From Deltaproteobacteria bacterium (GTDB lineage Bacteria > Myxococcota > Kuafuiibacteriia > Kuafuiibacteriales > Kuafuiibacteriaceae): a DNA stretch of 64,000 nt. Location: NCBI GenBank assembly GCA_040218735.1, contig JAVJQW010000047.1:1-64000 (forward strand). Direction: 5' to 3'. Position 1 is the first letter of the stretch. The number at the start of each line of letters is the position of its first letter. Positions 59,530 through 64,000 of the stretch are shown one piece after another. Position numbers and translations under genes: made by a program. The notes under the pieces are model-generated. The model saw nothing but the letters and a program-made list of their open reading frames with translations. It did no database searches and was not told the DNA's origin.

Positions 59530-60062
59530 GACGAGGCTCCTGATGCCTTCGGGACGCTGGCGTCGTCCGGGAGCAGCAGCGCGACGGGGCGCCCGGTCTC
59601 CTCGGCGATCCCGTACGCCTCGGGGATCCGGTCGAGGTCCTCGTCGGTGACCAAGGGTATGGAGGTCGCGCGCCAGGCGTCGAGGATCGGCTGCGTGTAG
59701 ATACCCGCGGAATCTCGCGCTTGTCCGTCGAGAACCCATCCGCGGTATCCGATCATCATCACCAGGGGCAGACGTGCGTAATAAGTGAACCCTCGGATCG
59801 AGTCGCCTGACTCGAACATGCCGGTGTTCTGGATCATGACCATCGGCTTCTTTCCGCCGATGATGAGTCCGGTGGCGATCGCCATTGTCTCACCTTCGCG
59901 ACAGACGGGGACGAGCGTGAGCTCGGGCGCGGCGGTGAGTAGGTTGTGAATCGTGTCACGCTCGGTGCCGGGGAGATACGGAATGTGCGTCACGCCGGCT
60001 TCGACGATCTTGCGAACGACCTTCTCCGGCGTCACGTGAAATGCATGTGTTTTCGATACCAT
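59526..60062 (-). CDS. comD: sulfopyruvate decarboxylase alpha subunit-like
   Basis: VPVCREGETMAIATG, MIQNTG, LPLVMMIGYRG; translationally coupled to comE. Confidence 0.8.
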   Translation of the reverse strand: MVSKTHAFHVTPEKVVRKIVEAGVTHIPYLPGTERDTIHNLLTAAPELTLVPVCREGETMAIATGLIIGGKKPMVMIQNTGMFESGDSIRGFTYYARLPLVMMIGYRGWVLDGQARDSAGIYTQPILDAWRATSIPLVTDEDLDRIPEAYGIAEETGRPVALLLPDDASVPKASGASS

Positions 60063-60111
60063 GGACGAACCGAGCGCATGAGGCCACGCGCCTATGGAGC
60101 GGTCAATGGAG

Positions 60112-61035
60112 TCAGAAGACGTCCAAAGTGAGACCGCCGCCGAAGATGTGGGCGTTGCGTGTGTTGGTTCCACCCACGAACACACGCGCCAGCGCGTAGA
60201 CCGCGAGGTTGTCGAGGATACGGTACGAGGCACCGCCGCCGATGAGAAATACGTTCTCGTTGAGCAGCGAGTCATGAAAATGCTGCACCGCCGTCGCGTT
60301 GTCTTCCCACTCGAGGAAATTCAACCCACCGTGGGTGATGCGAATGTCGGTACCGATGTTCACCTCGAGGTCGGGGATGATGAAGTACCCGACCATCGCG
60401 CTGATATCGCTGTAGTTCTGGTTGATGTCGCTCGTCGCGGCGGAGTCCGTCTTGTACCGCTCGGACAGCGTGAAGTCGTAGCGCGCGTGGAAGTAGAGGT
60501 TCGGGAGGATCGGGTCGAGGAAGCGGCCGACGGACAGTCCGAAGTGCCCGCGGGTCAAACCGCGCCCCGCCGCCGCGAAGCCCTGCGTCTCGTAGCCGTG
60601 CGACGGGATGCTCGCCCCCACCTGCACGGCGAGCGCGATCGGATCCTCGAGGATCGCGTACCGCGCGCCCAACCGGAAGTCCTGCAGGACGAAGTGCAGG
60701 TCTCCGTCGTCGTAGCGACCGTGGGGCGTGAGGAACGCACCGTCCCCAGGGTCGCCGTTGAACTGGACCGCGAGCAACGGCACCGACGCGCTGACCGCGA
60801 GCCCCGGAATGGGGGTCACGTACTCGGCACCGAGCTGAAACGACTGGTGCGTGGTCGGGACGTCGTCGAGCTGCTGCCCGTCGGTTTCGATGATCGCCGA
60901 GGAGGGCGCGAAGTTGTAACCCACCGAGACGGAGAGTGAGTTCGGGGCACCGACCCAGGCTTGCGCGTAGGCGGATCCGCCCGTGCAGAGGGCGAGGAGC
61001 CCGCAGGAGAATGCGGCGAGGTTTCGTGGGTTCAT
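60112..61035 (-). CDS. putative outer-membrane beta-barrel protein
   Basis: Signal peptide AYA-QAW, alternating amphipathic beta pattern, C-terminal Phe. Confidence 0.6.
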   Translation of the reverse strand: MNPRNLAAFSCGLLALCTGGSAYAQAWVGAPNSLSVSVGYNFAPSSAIIETDGQQLDDVPTTHQSFQLGAEYVTPIPGLAVSASVPLLAVQFNGDPGDGAFLTPHGRYDDGDLHFVLQDFRLGARYAILEDPIALAVQVGASIPSHGYETQGFAAAGRGLTRGHFGLSVGRFLDPILPNLYFHARYDFTLSERYKTDSAATSDINQNYSDISAMVGYFIIPDLEVNIGTDIRITHGGLNFLEWEDNATAVQHFHDSLLNENVFLIGGGASYRILDNLAVYALARVFVGGTNTRNAHIFGGGLTLDVF

Positions 61036-61051
61036 ATCCAACTTGGGGCAG

Positions 61052-61093
61052 ACAAAACGCTCCGAGGTACCTCGTGCGGAAGTACCTCGGAGC
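61052..61093 (-). terminator. probable intrinsic terminator or stabilising hairpin
   Basis: Perfect 12-bp inverted repeat gctccgaggtac (61059-61070) / gtacctcggagc (61082-61093), followed by GTTTTGT on the minus strand, 20 nt after the lipoprotein stop. Confidence 0.6.
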
Positions 61094-61113
61094 ATGGGTT
61101 CAATTCGCGAGGC

Positions 61114-62043
61114 TTACTGCGTGCTGATGCCGTAGGCGCGGAGGTGGCACCACAGGCCGAGCATGTCGACGCGTTTGTCCGTCTCGGCGCCGTCCGCATC
61201 GACCATCGGGACGACACGGTGAATCGACTGCGCGTGCAGGAGGAAGCCGCCCGTGGACGTCTCCGTCAGGATGGCCGCCGGGACCGTGATGCTGTTCGAG
61301 CCGATGTCTCCGATGCAGGTGTGCGTCGTGACGCCGTTCTCGTCCGCGAACAGGAGGAACGGGATGATCGCATCGTCGGTCTGCTCCGTCGGCGCGGTCC
61401 AATCGATCGTGAAGTCGAGGCCCGCGGGGATCGACACGAAGTCGGACTCCATGAGCGGCGGCGGATCGTACGCCGCGGGCACGCGGACGGCGCCCTCGAA
61501 CGTGTAGCCACCGAAGTCGGCGTTACCGCCGAGCTTCACGTCGTACTCCGTGCTGGGCGTGATGACCGAAGACACGTTGTCCTGGACGAAGGCCGTGTAG
61601 GCGACGTCGTGCGGTCGGTAGAAGGGATCCACGACATCCATCTGCGGGCTCACCATGGTCGCGGTCGGCGCCCCCTCCAGCGTGACGGTGCCGACGTCGA
61701 GCGCCTCGACCGTCGCCGGGTTCGCGAGCGGCCACGTGTCGTTCTTGTCCTTGTACGTGATGCAGTTGCCCGGCTCCGGCACCGTGAAGTGCGCCGGGTT
61801 CTGGCTCTTGCGGAAGTATGTCGTGAGGCGCGCCGCCTCCGTGCCGCCGGGGAAAGTCATGTACTCCCAGCGAACCTCACCCGCCTCGTCACTCTCGAGG
61901 TTGACGGTCGTGGTGGTGCATCCGTGTCCGGTGCAGGTGTTGTCGTCGTCGCTCCCCGTATCGTCACCGCTGCAACCCACCACGAAGGTGGCGGCCAGGG
62001 GCAGCGTCGCCCATGCAAACTTTCGAATCGTTGTCTTCTTCAT
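61114..62043 (-). CDS. lipoprotein of unknown function
   Basis: MKKTTIRK...VVGC lipobox; acidic, beta-rich, several Cys. Confidence 0.75.
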   Translation of the reverse strand: MKKTTIRKFAWATLPLAATFVVGCSGDDTGSDDDNTCTGHGCTTTTVNLESDEAGEVRWEYMTFPGGTEAARLTTYFRKSQNPAHFTVPEPGNCITYKDKNDTWPLANPATVEALDVGTVTLEGAPTATMVSPQMDVVDPFYRPHDVAYTAFVQDNVSSVITPSTEYDVKLGGNADFGGYTFEGAVRVPAAYDPPPLMESDFVSIPAGLDFTIDWTAPTEQTDDAIIPFLLFADENGVTTHTCIGDIGSNSITVPAAILTETSTGGFLLHAQSIHRVVPMVDADGAETDKRVDMLGLWCHLRAYGISTQ

Positions 62044-62120
62044 AGCGTGTGTAGTGTCCCGTTCTCGACTTTCGGAGCTCGATGACTCCGGTGATCTGAG
62101 CGTGTGATGCGCCTTACACT

Positions 62121-62149
62121 CGTCATATACCAACACCTGCCAAAGTCAA
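62121..62149 (-). promoter_or_regulatory. possible sigma70-like promoter for the minus-strand operon
   Basis: Minus strand TTGACT-N16-TATGAC in an AT-richer intergenic region about 80 nt upstream of the ATG; weak match. Confidence 0.25.
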
Positions 62150-62447
62150 ATTGGGGTCCTGGGATCGCGTGCCCGTACATCGGCGCACAACGAGCGACGC
62201 ACACCACGCATCGCAATACGTGTTGCACTCATGTCGGCAGAGTTTCGGACGCGTTGAAGTCGACGTGTCCGCGTCGCGAATACGGTGATCGGCCAAATCT
62301 GAGAATGCGCACTTCGTGCGACCGCAAGAACACGCTCGAAGTCTCCACCGAACGGTGACTCGAAACGATGCGTTTCGCTCGTTCAGCGTGTAAGAACGAC
62401 GTACACCGCCAAACACGCTCACCCACAGCGACCGTCGACTGTGGATT

Positions 62448-64000
62448 TCAGTTCACAGTCGCGACGCCGCCGTTCCACTCGAGGATCGCAAACGTCCAGT
62501 CGTCGTCCTGGATCTGCTCACCGCGGAGCGCATCGGCTTCGGTGATGATCTGCTCGACCGCACCGACGAGGTCTTGCTCGCGTGACTTCTCGAGGATCCG
62601 CGTGAAGCCGCGCATCCCGAGCATCTTGTCGTTGGGTAGGTTCAACTCAGGTAACCCATCGGTAAAGAGGAAGAGTCTGTCGCCGGGCTCCAAGTTTCCT
62701 TCGATCATTCCCACTTCGAACTCTTCACTCCCGAGCGGCGTACCACGACATGGGTAGAGTTTCGCACGACCACCACCACGTGAGATTCGAATCGCAGGTA
62801 ACCCACCCGCGCTATAAGAACGAAAAGTCCCGGTCGCCTCGTCGAGCTGAACCACGGTCATGGTCATCTGATACTGACCACCCGAAACCGCGAGCACCTG
62901 CTGATTGATAGCCCGCAGCATCCCTTTGACGTCTTCGTTGTTCTTCTCTTCGTGAACGCGGAACGCAGTGGCCGCCGCCGCCGTCACCATCGCCGGCCCC
63001 GGCCCGTGGCCCGTGACGTCACCGACCAGCACGTTGTAAGCCCCACGTCCCGTCGACGCGTGGTACCACCAGTCACCGCTGCACACGTCCGCGGGCCGGT
63101 AGAACCCACGCAGGCGGAGCGCAGCCCCCTCGTAGAGCGGGGTCCGCGGGAGGAAGCCGGTCTGCACCGCGCCCGTGAGCTCGAGGTCGCGCTCCACGGC
63201 CTCCAGCCGGTTCTGACGTCTCAGCTGCTCGAGCCGCCACGACTGGATTCGGGTGTAGACGGCGAGCGCCGCGAGGACCAAGGCACCGTAGATGGAGTAC
63301 GCCCACCACGTCTTCCACGGCGGCGGGTCCTGATGAATCGTCAGCTGGACTTCACCGGCCTCGGGGAACGCCCCCGCCGAGTCGGCCGCCTGCAGCCGGA
63401 GGACGAAGTCACCGCCGCCAAGGTTCGACAGGGTCACGAAGTCACGCGTCGTCTCGATCCACTTCTCCTGCAGCCCATCGATCTTGTAGCGGTAGCGCGC
63501 CGCCTGCCCGGGCGCGCGCCCCAGCGCCGCGAACTCGATCGAGATGACGGACTCCGTGTAGCCCAGCTCCAGCGCCGACGTTCGCCACGGCGCGGTGGGC
63601 AAGTCCATGGGCTGGTCGAAGAGCTGTAGGCCCGTCACCGCGACCGGGTAGGTCACCGGATCGAAGCGCAGCTTCTTGGGATCGAAGTAGTTCACACCCT
63701 CCGAGTTCGTGAAGAAAAGCTCCCCCGTCCGCGCCCGGTAGGCTCCGTTGTAGAAGAACTCGTTCGAGAGCAGCCCGTCCGCGCGTGTGAAGGTGCGCTC
63801 CACCCGCTTGGCCTGCGTGTCGACTACCGCGAGCCCTCGCTCGCTGCTCAGCCAGAGCGCCCCGTCGTCCTCCTGAACGATGCCGTAGACGTTGATCGCC
63901 TCGAGCCCCTCCGCCTCGCCGATGTGCTCGAACACCCCCGCGCTCATGTCGAACCGGTCGAGCCCCGCTCCGTACGTACCGACCCAGAGCGGTCCGCCGC
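62448..64000 (-). CDS. PP2C/SpoIIE (RsbU-like) phosphatase with beta-propeller and Y_Y_Y sensor; 5' end outside the window
   Basis: LWVGTYGAGL propeller repeat, YRYKIDG, PPPWKTWWAY TM, CSGDWW, VGDVTGHGPGPA, LFTDGL, DDWT. Frame open to the window edge. Confidence 0.9.
   Translation of the reverse strand, partial: GGPLWVGTYGAGLDRFDMSAGVFEHIGEAEGLEAINVYGIVQEDDGALWLSSERGLAVVDTQAKRVERTFTRADGLLSNEFFYNGAYRARTGELFFTNSEGVNYFDPKKLRFDPVTYPVAVTGLQLFDQPMDLPTAPWRTSALELGYTESVISIEFAALGRAPGQAARYRYKIDGLQEKWIETTRDFVTLSNLGGGDFVLRLQAADSAGAFPEAGEVQLTIHQDPPPWKTWWAYSIYGALVLAALAVYTRIQSWRLEQLRRQNRLEAVERDLELTGAVQTGFLPRTPLYEGAALRLRGFYRPADVCSGDWWYHASTGRGAYNVLVGDVTGHGPGPAMVTAAAATAFRVHEEKNNEDVKGMLRAINQQVLAVSGGQYQMTMTVVQLDEATGTFRSYSAGGLPAIRISRGGGRAKLYPCRGTPLGSEEFEVGMIEGNLEPGDRLFLFTDGLPELNLPNDKMLGMRGFTRILEKSREQDLVGAVEQIITEADALRGEQIQDDDWTFAILEWNGGVATVN

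Noticed and set aside
48860-60062. Methanogen-type coenzyme M / coenzyme B biosynthesis
   Set aside because: Bacterial context with no comC, no CoM-forming or CoM-using genes; ligases and aminotransferase point to a different end product.
62150-62447. ncRNA or riboswitch in the 400-bp intergenic region
   Set aside because: No recognisable conserved motif or strong structure by eye; needs an Rfam scan.

Overview
High-GC bacterial DNA, most likely Myxococcota given the intact mglB-mglA operon, many Ser/Thr kinases and a DUF1501 locus. (1) 1-6600 is the lower-GC end of an integron cassette array with no integrase in the window. It has four attC sites and cassettes for an OLD-like ATPase-TOPRIM nuclease, a RelA/SpoT small alarmone synthetase, an NDT/TIR-like protein and a truncated GNAT. 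A complete group II intron (2967-4981) splits attC3 on the cassette strand, and its EBS1 matches a motif conserved in all four attC sites. (2) 6.6-22 kb is mostly housekeeping: MFS, mglAB, mutY, a two-component system, an amidase and others. (3) 22.6-36.9 kb is a signalling region with three RsbW-like GHKL paralogues interleaved with three proteins carrying a STAS + Cys4 zinc-ribbon module, a candidate partner-switching system. (4) 44.6-60.1 kb is two convergent operons: ComA, ComB, ComDE, a full 2-oxoacid elongation set, a class III aminotransferase, a BioD-like ligase, an ATP-grasp ligase, a GGT and an amino acid dehydrogenase. This is a candidate sulfonate natural-product pathway. All product calls come from motif recognition by eye; no searches were run.
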